NCBI GenBank assembly: GCA_002726395.1
Contig: PBTA01000030.1
Location: 29,877 to 93,876 of the forward strand
Reading direction: 5' to 3'
DNA: 64,000 nt
Source: Methanobacteriota archaeon
Lineage (GTDB): Archaea; Thermoplasmatota; Poseidoniia; Poseidoniales; Poseidoniaceae
Shown: positions 39,001 to 51,570 of the stretch, piece by piece
Numbering within the stretch: the stretch's first letter is position 1
Layout: each line of letters begins with the position of its first letter
Translations under genes and position numbers: made by a program
Notes under the pieces: generated by a model
What the model saw: only the letters and a program-made list of their open reading frames with translations
Told to the model about the DNA's origin: nothing
The model's database searches: none

Positions 39001-40212
39001 CCTGGAACCCACGAAGTCTCACTATTTGTGACGGATGAAAACGGTGCGGATAGCACAGTTAAGAAAATCATTGTTAGGGTTCAAAACCCACTGCCAATAA
39101 TTTCCGTTCAAATATTGGATGGATGGGTCGATGGGCAACAAATGGACAAAAATACCCCTCGTCCAGAAGGTTTCTTACCTGATTCTTGGACTCATACCTT
39201 TGATGAAGCAGAAAATACCTATACAGCCCCTAATTTGATGCTATATTTTGACTCAGAGGGTACAAGAGATGGGGATCGGAGGTATGAGGGCAAATACTCT
39301 CCTGTAAACGATGAAAATAATGATCAATGGAATGGTATTGTAGAATATACTTGGGATTTCGGTGATGCAACACCACTATCAAAACAAGCTTCGCCATGGC
39401 ATTATTATGATACGCCGGGGGCCTACACTGTTACGCTAACTGTCAGGGATTCATACGGGACTGGAGACGTAAGTAAGCAAGTCTTTACTATAGTCGTTGA
39501 TGAGCCGCCGGAAATCAAAAAGATCGAAATTCCGGATGATATAATCATTGAGGAAAAAGCCTATTTAAGCGCAAATATTACTGATTTTGAAGTCGCTAAC
39601 AATATCCTATTATATCGTGACTTGAATATCGAAGATGGGTCATTATTCGACCGAGATGAATCGCTAAATCCCGATCTTGTAGTAAGATGGGATATTGACA
39701 TTTACAAAGACTCAAACAAAAATGGGATATTGGAAGATGATTATATTACTCCTCAACCTAACGCAGTCAATTATCGAATTGAGAGTTTGTGGAATGAATC
39801 GGGCAGTTACACTATTATTGTGGAAGCATGTGATAGTTTAGGGATATGTACCTCTATGGAAGAAACCTTGCAAGTTTCACCTAAACCAGATCCTGAACCA
39901 TCATTATCAGATTTTGAACTAGAAGATTGGACTTCATGGGTTAAAGATGCAGGCTCTGATCTTGCAACCTACTTTGCATTAATTGCCGTTGCCTTGATTC
40001 TAGGCTGGTTAGTATTGAGGGAATCATCAGAGTTAGAAGATGAGGCTAAACAAGCTGCAGAAACATACACCGACGTGGAGCACGTTGAAGTTCAAGGTGG
40101 CTTGCTTGGTATGGACCAACATACTCCTCCACCGGCCCCGGGGATATTATCTAAAGAAGAGCGTAGAAGTGAAGATAGTGGTTACGTAAGGCCATTAAGA
40201 AGAAGAATTTGA
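36001..40212 (+). CDS. Large surface protein: N-terminal MA-clan zinc metallopeptidase domain followed by multiple PKD/Ig-like domains, a C-terminal TM anchor and a charged tail
   Basis: Signal peptide. HELQHLLHNAQDPYENLWIDEGNAD (HExxH plus downstream WxxEGxA gluzincin pattern). Repeated roughly 90-aa modules with W.FGDG-type PKD signatures (AWDFGDSVTS, EWGDGTLD, NWSFGSDEF, TWDFGDATP). TM helix ALIAVALILGWLVL near the C-terminus. Confidence 0.6.
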   Translation: MSEKRSTKSLFLIGLMVISFLTPVLSSASADEQLDGQDDEYDAQGIIIGDLTEFDPADGREYLLIEEDTAVVSAYGFMKQAWIDSGRPGVDDMKYEPVTHGRASGRVCTPHLTGDALTVPISGGSIDAYVAKTTNTVAFIVQTGRTLSSTVLNNLASSWDSTIYPTMTTYYGKDYGDGRGLAAPDIDNNCQVQIIVYDIDGAFNTGGYFAPSFASVRESVFIDFADITLNWGKSIIAHELQHLLHNAQDPYENLWIDEGNADVAIYLCFGPDSTLVSHLNQWTEAPELSIRWWNQRFADYGAGFIFTMYLADHLGGGPAVRQLVQDSATGGVSVQNLALSPPSGSSGAIGRTMGEIFANFSVAAFLDSEQGIYGFSNLDLTPVCSSNSFCRAQPTEVNSDWSTPWSSTGNSVEGWGLRGFKFTPGSSSPAPLTIRLTADVSQFDGVIVSKSMVDGLLSVTDLTFQNNVATALVPGFGNLTDEVWAITWYASTVADCDYTSCGSSYPQGTVDVEAARITSPASLTINNSVLSDRDGDSNDDTVQVNFDVFSNAFFEDLDVDISILDSSGNIIDEKTSRISAGGGVNSNSNIWFTAPNDGQYTVKFDMYDMIGTLVDSVSTQAWALSNMRPTANASVSTNVSQTWENIQFVGDGFDAWGLSLDNNTLPYLDQPVAYAWDFGDSVTSNLKSPTRSYQNAGLYNATLRIMDQGNTWSETDVVQINVTDDSVPIPVITVNNVVITDNISILTEQTIQFSASRTVDNVPLSNLDFQWEWGDGTLDSDTGKYLVQHKWDAINQEVEEYNLTLSVFDGFNTGTVSISVFVNNRVPYQIFSDNLTTYTYTSVPMPDVFADDDGTIVSYDWVFPEGVNLNGGITDQGDDFLQTTSSDTYPNPSWDSPGIKIVTLTVTDDDGSQSTTQLFVNVLNQIPVADFIVRITENGETSAIDFRAEDGFVDVPYTFDGISSYDIDSTTGDSAGLIYNWSFGSDEFSENAITTYTFTEPGTHEVSLFVTDENGADSTVKKIIVRVQNPLPIISVQILDGWVDGQQMDKNTPRPEGFLPDSWTHTFDEAENTYTAPNLMLYFDSEGTRDGDRRYEGKYSPVNDENNDQWNGIVEYTWDFGDATPLSKQASPWHYYDTPGAYTVTLTVRDSYGTGDVSKQVFTIVVDEPPEIKKIEIPDDIIIEEKAYLSANITDFEVANNILLYRDLNIEDGSLFDRDESLNPDLVVRWDIDIYKDSNKNGILEDDYITPQPNAVNYRIESLWNESGSYTIIVEACDSLGICTSMEETLQVSPKPDPEPSLSDFELEDWTSWVKDAGSDLATYFALIAVALILGWLVLRESSELEDEAKQAAETYTDVEHVEVQGGLLGMDQHTPPPAPGILSKEERRSEDSGYVRPLRRRI

Positions 40213-40260
40213 TAGTTACAATATAGAACTGGTTAGTAGTGGCATAAATGGTGGTAAGGC

Positions 40261-41358
40261 ATGAGTAAGAAAGTAGTAATCTTCATGATAATAGTTTTCA
40301 TGGTGCCTATGTTTGCTACCGGTGCCCCTAATTATTATCTAGTTGGTAATGCGTCTGCTGCTGACGCTTGTAATGGAGATATAGAGCCAGTGTTGTGGAA
40401 TCAAACTGTCGGAAGATCTGCTTTAGTGCCGCATTATAATTATTATGACATGTATTGGGGATTTGGCGATTATGATGATGATGATGGCAAAAGGGGTAGA
40501 GATCATGAGTCACAACAATTCCCATCCGAGGCAAGGGAGCCTACTGAACTGAATCCCGAAGAAGAGTGGATGTATCGATACTGGGACGGAGGATCTCAAC
40601 TAGAGCCGCTTACTTCTAATCATCATGCTACTATGTTGGTAGGCAATGATAGTATAGGTGCATTAAGAGTTAACTTATCTGCGCAGCATCGTACAACTAT
40701 CTGTATCTCTCTACAATCTCTAAATGAAACAGACAATGACTATTCAGCCGATGTTTATTTGATGACCACTTCAGAATATGAACGTTATACTGAATTGTAT
40801 TATTCTTATCATTCTGAAAATAGTTTTTATTGGGATATAGCTGATTCATTGAGTGATGTTTCTCCAGAATGGAGGAGTATGGATTTCACCGGCTGGAGAA
40901 CTTACCGAGATGCACACCAATATGAGTCGGTTGATGAGATTAATTTCGCACTAAATCTAGATGGTCCAGAGTCCTATACTCCAATATTTGGCTCCGAGCA
41001 GTGGCAAAATTTCTACATAGTGATAGATACTTGGGATAATAATCATGATAGTGATTCTCCTGCACCAGGCGTTGTAACTGCGGCTGATGTAACAATTATA
41101 ACAACTGAGCGATCATTTATTTTGCCAAATTATACTGTTGCATTGGTCTTTTTGCTAATGATGATTGGCGTTGTAATATTCCCATTCATTTTGAATGCAA
41201 GGTATATGAAATCAGGCATGGAGCAAGCGGAAAATATGCCAAATAGTGGCCTAGTTCCTTCTTTGGAGCGGCCAGCAGAATTGCCGCCAATAACGGGTGA
41301 TGAGCAGCCAGAAGAGCAGAAATCTTATCCTAGCATAGAACTCGATAAAGAAACTTAA
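40261..41358 (+). CDS. Hypothetical secreted protein with a C-terminal TM anchor
   Basis: N-terminal signal-like helix, C-terminal helix VALVFLLMMIGVVIFPFIL, acidic tail. Co-oriented 48 bp 3' of the large surface protein. Confidence 0.35.
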   Translation: MSKKVVIFMIIVFMVPMFATGAPNYYLVGNASAADACNGDIEPVLWNQTVGRSALVPHYNYYDMYWGFGDYDDDDGKRGRDHESQQFPSEAREPTELNPEEEWMYRYWDGGSQLEPLTSNHHATMLVGNDSIGALRVNLSAQHRTTICISLQSLNETDNDYSADVYLMTTSEYERYTELYYSYHSENSFYWDIADSLSDVSPEWRSMDFTGWRTYRDAHQYESVDEINFALNLDGPESYTPIFGSEQWQNFYIVIDTWDNNHDSDSPAPGVVTAADVTIITTERSFILPNYTVALVFLLMMIGVVIFPFILNARYMKSGMEQAENMPNSGLVPSLERPAELPPITGDEQPEEQKSYPSIELDKET

Positions 41359-42156
41359 TCAGTATTCCATCAGTGCCCATGCATCTCTAAGGTCTCTGAC
41401 ATTTATCAGTCCCTTGTCAGATAGTCTGAAACTATTCTGCATTGTTGCGTAAACCATTTCTTGGCCAAGTACTGGTGCGTGGAGGCGAACCCAATCGCCA
41501 CCATTTCCTAGTCCCATTAAGCAGTGAGATGACTCCTCTCCAACCAGTGAATTTGCCGCTTCAAGGATTTGCAATGCATCTCTATGGTTGCTTACAAAGG
41601 AGCAGAATTTCACGATATCTCCGTTATCCTTATTGTCCTTTACCAAATTTACAATCTCTTTGGCATTAGGTGTCGCTTTTGTTTCGTGTATCGAGGCAAT
41701 TACCTTTGAGTTTGATTTCTCAGCAGACTTCATTAGTTTATTCCTGTCTTTGGTGTCAATCGATAATTCAATGTCGACAAATGTTACATCTGAATGGATT
41801 GCTTTTTCTAGAATGTCCAGTCTTTGTGATTCGTTTCCTGCAAAGAAACCACCTTCTCGAACAGATCTAACGGTAAATACTACCGGTACCGGGATTCCAT
41901 CCTTTAACTTTGAAATAGCAGCATCGATATCGATTTCTGAGAAATCTTTGACGCCCCATTCTTCGATGGGTGGTATCTTGGATATTTCTTCTCCGTCGTC
42001 ATTAACGGAAATTATTGGTTCCGGCTTATTCAGATATAATTTGTCAAACCTTACCTCGACATAATCTGCACCTGCAATATTTGCTCTTGTTGCTTCATCA
42101 ATCATCTCTTCTACAGAGATTGCTTCAAGCGACACACATACTTTCGGTTCAGCCAT
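41359..42156 (-). CDS. aroD: 3-dehydroquinate dehydratase, type I
   Basis: KVCVSLEAISVEEMIDEA...AGADYVEVRFDKL matches the type I DHQase N-terminal pattern (C.pl...e....GaD.vElR.D). A TIM-barrel-length protein. Confidence 0.55.
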   Translation of the reverse strand: MAEPKVCVSLEAISVEEMIDEATRANIAGADYVEVRFDKLYLNKPEPIISVNDDGEEISKIPPIEEWGVKDFSEIDIDAAISKLKDGIPVPVVFTVRSVREGGFFAGNESQRLDILEKAIHSDVTFVDIELSIDTKDRNKLMKSAEKSNSKVIASIHETKATPNAKEIVNLVKDNKDNGDIVKFCSFVSNHRDALQILEAANSLVGEESSHCLMGLGNGGDWVRLHAPVLGQEMVYATMQNSFRLSDKGLINVRDLRDAWALMEY

Positions 42157-42427
42157 GACTTGGCCAATTAGGAGTCGTTATTAATGCTCACGGCTGTAAA
42201 TTCTTTCCAAAACTCTCTATTTCGTCATACTGAGGTGGTTATTTTTGTCTAATAATCAGCACTAAAAACACTCCAATTGCAGTACCTTAAAGTACCCCCT
42301 TCTCCGATTCCAATTGGTAGGGGAGGGGACAAGTAGTATTCGTTAGACAGCGGCTCATTTTCGGGCAAAAAAAGCGAAAATCATAACCCTACAAAATACG
42401 AAATGAATTTATTCAATTCTTTACCAT

Positions 42428-47113
<4,686 letters not shown>

Positions 47114-47148
47114 TTGATAAATCGACGACTTCAAATTGAATAACGCCT

Positions 47149-48441
47149 GTGGTTGAAATAACCGAGTGTCTAGAGGTGATACCCATGAATACGAATAAAT
47201 TAATTTATGATTGGAATGTTATCGATTATGAGATTAATCGTAACCCAGCAAATCACCCTCACGATGTATGGTTCGATGATGAAACATTGAGGGATGGATT
47301 ACAGAGCCCAAGCGCTAGAAATCCGTCTATAGAACAAAAGATTGAACTTCTTTCTTACATGGAAAGGCTGGGTATTCAAAAAGTCGATTTAGGCCTACCA
47401 GGTGCGGGCCCATTTCATCGAGAACACATTAGTGCAATGCTTGCGCATATATCTGAGAACGATTACCAAATTAGGCCCGGTGCTGCGGTTAGGACATTAA
47501 TGAATGACATTGAACCGCTGGTGCAGATGCAACAACAACACGGAATGGAAATCCAAGCTTCTGCATTTTTAGGTACTAGTCCTATTAGGCAATATACCGA
47601 AGGATGGACAATGGAAAAACTAATCTCCACAATGGAGAAAGCAGTCTCATATGCAGTAGAAAATGAAGTGCCAGTTATGTTTGTGACTGAAGACACTACA
47701 CGGTCAAATCCAGAAGATGTGAAAGCAATCTATCAAAGGGCTATGGAGCTTGGTGTAAGAAGACTTTGTGTTTGTGATACTTGCGGGCATGTAACTCCAA
47801 ATGGAGTTAAGAAATTACTGAATTTTATTGATGAGGAAGTCATCAAAGACGGTGGTTATCAAAGAAACCAAATCGAGGTTAACTGGCATGGTCACCAAGA
47901 TCGTGGTCTAGGTGTTGCTAACAATATCGCTGCAGTTGAGGCAGGTGCAGACGTGATTCATGGAACGGCTCTTGGTGTAGGGGAAAGAGCAGGAAATGCC
48001 CCAATTGATCAAACGTTGGTCAATCTCAAATTAATGGGTGTAATAGACAATGATTTGACTTTACTAGATGAATATACTAGAATGGCGAATAAGTACATTG
48101 AAGTTCCACTGCCCAGAAATTATCCAATATTTGGTACAGATGCGTTTGAAACCGGTACTGGAGTTCATGCTTCAGCAGTTATCAAAGCAATGCGAAAAGG
48201 TGATGATTGGCTTGCAGACAGGGTATATTCAGGTGTTCCAGCTGGTGATTTTGGGCTTAAACAGGTAATTCGTATCGGTCACATGGCCGGTCGCTCGAAC
48301 ATAATCTGGTGGCTTGAACAAAACGGCTACGAGGTTTCAGATGCACTGGTAGCGCACATGTTTGAGGTCGCTAAAAGCCAAAGTAGGAATATGACTGATG
48401 CAGAGATTGAATCCGAAGTGGCTCAATATTTGAATAGTTGA
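47149..48441 (+). CDS. HMGL-like pyruvate carboxyltransferase family synthase (2-isopropylmalate/citramalate/homocitrate synthase-like), lacking a C-terminal regulatory domain
   Basis: VWFDDETLRDGLQSP (DRE-TIM barrel start). HGHQDRGLGVANNIAAVEAGADVIHGTALGVGERAGNAPIDQ (metal/substrate-binding HxH block). About 420 aa. The start is possibly the Met at 47185. Confidence 0.6.
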   Translation: MVEITECLEVIPMNTNKLIYDWNVIDYEINRNPANHPHDVWFDDETLRDGLQSPSARNPSIEQKIELLSYMERLGIQKVDLGLPGAGPFHREHISAMLAHISENDYQIRPGAAVRTLMNDIEPLVQMQQQHGMEIQASAFLGTSPIRQYTEGWTMEKLISTMEKAVSYAVENEVPVMFVTEDTTRSNPEDVKAIYQRAMELGVRRLCVCDTCGHVTPNGVKKLLNFIDEEVIKDGGYQRNQIEVNWHGHQDRGLGVANNIAAVEAGADVIHGTALGVGERAGNAPIDQTLVNLKLMGVIDNDLTLLDEYTRMANKYIEVPLPRNYPIFGTDAFETGTGVHASAVIKAMRKGDDWLADRVYSGVPAGDFGLKQVIRIGHMAGRSNIIWWLEQNGYEVSDALVAHMFEVAKSQSRNMTDAEIESEVAQYLNS

Positions 48442-49755
48442 TTACTCAAATTCCCGGTAAGTATCTGGATTGGTTTGGTTAGAATTCGAGTTAACCCACT
48501 CGCTATCAACACTTCCACCACTCCATTCACCATCTACTGCAACTTCGTCAACATCAACTTCGTCTCGCCATGACGGTTCTTCATCGGAACCACACACAAT
48601 GAAATAGCCATTTTTATCTATCTGCTGTTCTAATAGTGTTATATGTTTTGCAACTGGTAAAAAGTGTCCAACAGGCATTCCAGAGGCCGTAAATGGATTA
48701 GTTGCAGCGCCAACTAATAATCCATCTTCTGGGGCGACAATATCGACAGTAAGTCCCGGAGTTGCTGGATCAGATATAGTTGCTATAACTTCGCCTTCTC
48801 TCATTACAGAGCCCGAGGATACAAACATGTCAAGTAATCCTCCTTCACTAGCTCTAAGCCATCTTGAACCACTTGCAAGCATCCTAAATCTAGGTCTGTT
48901 TGGAGCTCCAGGCACCATTCTTAACGACCTGAGTATATTCATTACCCCATGTATTGCCACCTTTACGGTAGTATTATCAATCAAATTTGCTCCTCCTCCC
49001 TCATAAGTAATTGACGGTATGTCTTGTTCATTTGCTACTTTTCTAAGAGAACCCTTTGGCGGTTTGGAGTCAAGTAAGATTTCAATTCCAAAGGCCTTTG
49101 CTAGTATGTTAGAACTGGCATGAGCTAAATCAACTCTAATCTGGGGCATATTAGAGCGGCCTTTTGCTGCGCTGTGCAAATCGATAATGGCATCACTATC
49201 ATTGAGTAAGTATTTCCATACTTGCGCTGCAACTCGCTTTGTCGTGGAGCCTTTAAAATCTCCAGGAAAATTTCTATTCAAATCTCTACCATCGGGGAAG
49301 TATCTCGATTTACTTCGGTATCCAGGTAGATTGACAACTGGAACAATTCTCAAAGTTCCTGCCATTTGAGTTGGGTCTAATGATTTACCAATGTCGGTAA
49401 ATGCATTTGACAAAAGATGCGTACATGCTGAAGCACCAGTTAATTCATCTCCGTGAATACCCCCTAGTACCGTGATTGTTGGTCCCGGTCTTACTCCATG
49501 TATTACGGTAACAGGAATTGGCCATGGGTCTCCAAGATCAACTTCCAAAAGCGGGAGTGAAATGGTTCTTATCGTTCCTGGTTTGATTATTTTACGAAAC
49601 AGCCTAATATTGCCCCATTCTGCTCCACGATCCCACTCAGGACGGTCTTCTGTTTGATGTGCAGCTAAAGCTTCTTGAATTGCCATTCTACGACGTTTTG
49701 GTAACTCATGGGCAACTCTTACTTTGGTCTTTTTGACCTTTTTACCCTTGCCCAT
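48442..49755 (-). CDS. Succinylglutamate desuccinylase/aspartoacylase (AstE/AspA) family zinc hydrolase with a lysine-rich N-terminal extension
   Basis: GIHGDELTG (Zn-binding HxxE block). Family-typical size core. N-terminal MGKGKKVKKTKVRVAHELPKRRR basic segment of about 60 aa. Confidence 0.6.
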   Translation of the reverse strand: MGKGKKVKKTKVRVAHELPKRRRMAIQEALAAHQTEDRPEWDRGAEWGNIRLFRKIIKPGTIRTISLPLLEVDLGDPWPIPVTVIHGVRPGPTITVLGGIHGDELTGASACTHLLSNAFTDIGKSLDPTQMAGTLRIVPVVNLPGYRSKSRYFPDGRDLNRNFPGDFKGSTTKRVAAQVWKYLLNDSDAIIDLHSAAKGRSNMPQIRVDLAHASSNILAKAFGIEILLDSKPPKGSLRKVANEQDIPSITYEGGGANLIDNTTVKVAIHGVMNILRSLRMVPGAPNRPRFRMLASGSRWLRASEGGLLDMFVSSGSVMREGEVIATISDPATPGLTVDIVAPEDGLLVGAATNPFTASGMPVGHFLPVAKHITLLEQQIDKNGYFIVCGSDEEPSWRDEVDVDEVAVDGEWSGGSVDSEWVNSNSNQTNPDTYREFE

Positions 49756-49840
49756 GACAGACCCAATCAGTCATCGTCAATGAATTGTACTGCTGAAAAA
49801 TAGTCGCAATAAACAAAGACGTCTAACACTTGGAACATCC

Positions 49841-50308
49841 ATGCCTGACCTAGGTGTTCAACAGATGTACGCACCAAACTCTATTTGTTTTGGTTGTGGG
49901 CCAGCAAATGAAAAAGGATTGAGGATTTCCAGTCACCGCATTGAAAATGGATTGTCAATGGAATTCCAGCCAAGTGACTTTCATCAAGCATTCCCCGGCA
50001 TGATTAATGGTGGTATTATTGGGACATTGCTTGATTGTCACGGCAATTGGACTGCTGCGGTAGCACTTATGGATCACAATTCTTTGGATGAACCACCTTG
50101 TACTGTTACTGCTTCTTATTCTGTTAAACTGAGAAGGCCAACCCCAGTAGGTTGCAAACTTATCGTTACCAGTCAAATCATTGAGTTAGACGGAAACAAA
50201 GTAAAAGTCGAATTATTGCTCGAGGCTAATGGTAAAATTTGCGCCACAGGAGAAGGATTATTTGTAGCAGTCAAAGAAGGTCATCCTGCATATCATAGGT
50301 GGAATTAG
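49841..50308 (+). CDS. Hotdog-fold thioesterase (PaaI/YbgC-like)
   Basis: CFGCGPANEKGL...MINGGIIGTLLDCHG pattern of PaaI-type thioesterases. 155 aa. Confidence 0.5.
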   Translation: MPDLGVQQMYAPNSICFGCGPANEKGLRISSHRIENGLSMEFQPSDFHQAFPGMINGGIIGTLLDCHGNWTAAVALMDHNSLDEPPCTVTASYSVKLRRPTPVGCKLIVTSQIIELDGNKVKVELLLEANGKICATGEGLFVAVKEGHPAYHRWN

Positions 50309-50312
50309 ATTA

Positions 50313-50843
50313 ATGGCCAAACCTTCTAAACAACAATTAGACCAATTAGCAAAGCTAAGAGTGATAGTTGTTGAAATTATGAAGGATATGGCAATATGGC
50401 AAAATTTTGATTTGGATTTATTATACGAAATACCACTTGCAGTGCTAAATAAAAACGCAACCCAGCGTCACGGAGCAACAAAATGGGAAAGAGGAATATC
50501 TAGAGAACAATTGGGTTTAGAATTTGTCGAAGTAATCGAATTGCATCCTGAATTGTTGTCGGGTGATTGGAATGCGTATGCCGCTTTTGTACTGCACCAT
50601 GAGTTTATTCACGCTTTGGGATTCCATAACCATGATGCAAAATTTAGACATTTAGAGTATTCTTGGCCAGGGATTGAGGCAGGTATGATTGGGCCTGAGT
50701 TTACAGAATACCTACGAAGAAAGTCTGCTAAATGGTTGTGGACATGTTCGACATGCTCGAAAAGCTTCCCGAGGAAAAAGCCCAGTAAAGGGAAGTATAA
50801 GTGCAGAAATTGTTCAACTATTCTAACGGATGTTCAAACTTGA
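50313..50843 (+). CDS. Small metzincin-motif protein with a C-terminal Cys4 zinc ribbon (archaemetzincin/SprT-like candidate)
   Basis: HEFIHALGFH fits HExxHxxGxxH exactly. C-terminal CSTCSKSF...KYKCRNCS. 176 aa. Confidence 0.4.
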   Translation: MAKPSKQQLDQLAKLRVIVVEIMKDMAIWQNFDLDLLYEIPLAVLNKNATQRHGATKWERGISREQLGLEFVEVIELHPELLSGDWNAYAAFVLHHEFIHALGFHNHDAKFRHLEYSWPGIEAGMIGPEFTEYLRRKSAKWLWTCSTCSKSFPRKKPSKGKYKCRNCSTILTDVQT

Positions 50844-51479
50844 TTACTTTTTCGAGTTTTTCTTTCCTTTACCTTTTTTGGCTTTCTGTTCTGCTTTTTC
50901 AATCACTTCTTCAACGTCCATGTTTGCATCTTGAGCAACCCTTTCAATCGTAGATTTTTCTGCTTCAGAAATTTCACCATCTTTGGCTGCAGATTTGACT
51001 GCTGCCTCAACATTCATTCGTGCAGCATCTTCATCAGATATTCCTAGGGCAGCCTGGAAAGATTTCAAGTCTTGAAGTTCTTCTTCCGTGATTACTCCGT
51101 CAGACCATGCTGTTTCGTAAGCATCTAGCAAGAAGTCCTTGTATGCTTGAGGATTTAGCAACACATCTCTAATCAAACCATGATTTGGCGATGAATCAAT
51201 TGACTCCGACATGTCTAATATCGCAATAGAGCGTCTAACTTCCTTGACAGCCATATCTTTTAGCCCATGTCCAGCCCATACTGCACCGGCTGCAACAACT
51301 GCAGCTGCGAACCATCGCATAATGCTCTGGTCAACTAAATCCCCTGGCTCAATTAAGTGAAAGATACCTAATACTGCCATAGCGGCACCACACATGACCT
51401 CAACCCAATCGTTTAGATCTGGTTCATCATCAAAAACCGATAACCTTTCTTCAATTATCGAATCCATATCGTCGCTCAT
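50844..51479 (-). CDS. Membrane protein with a TerB-like, DjlA-N-like helical domain
   Basis: Two TM helices. C-terminal repeated DG.I.E.E patterns (DGVITEEELQDL, DGEISEAEKSTIE) reminiscent of TerB. Lysine-rich tail. Confidence 0.3.
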   Translation of the reverse strand: MSDDMDSIIEERLSVFDDEPDLNDWVEVMCGAAMAVLGIFHLIEPGDLVDQSIMRWFAAAVVAAGAVWAGHGLKDMAVKEVRRSIAILDMSESIDSSPNHGLIRDVLLNPQAYKDFLLDAYETAWSDGVITEEELQDLKSFQAALGISDEDAARMNVEAAVKSAAKDGEISEAEKSTIERVAQDANMDVEEVIEKAEQKAKKGKGKKNSKK

Positions 51480-51570
51480 GTTAGTTATGCAGTAACCGAA
51501 GGGTTTTATTGATGTCGGAATTATAATTTCATGCGTTGTCCTTTTGGACTATTGACATCACAGTCAACAC

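Noticed and set aside
36001-40212. Apparent DNA-level periodicity in the large surface-protein gene
   Set aside because: The periodicity reflects diverged PKD/Ig-like protein domain repeats of about 270 nt, not a nucleotide tandem repeat, CRISPR or satellite. The units are too divergent at DNA level.
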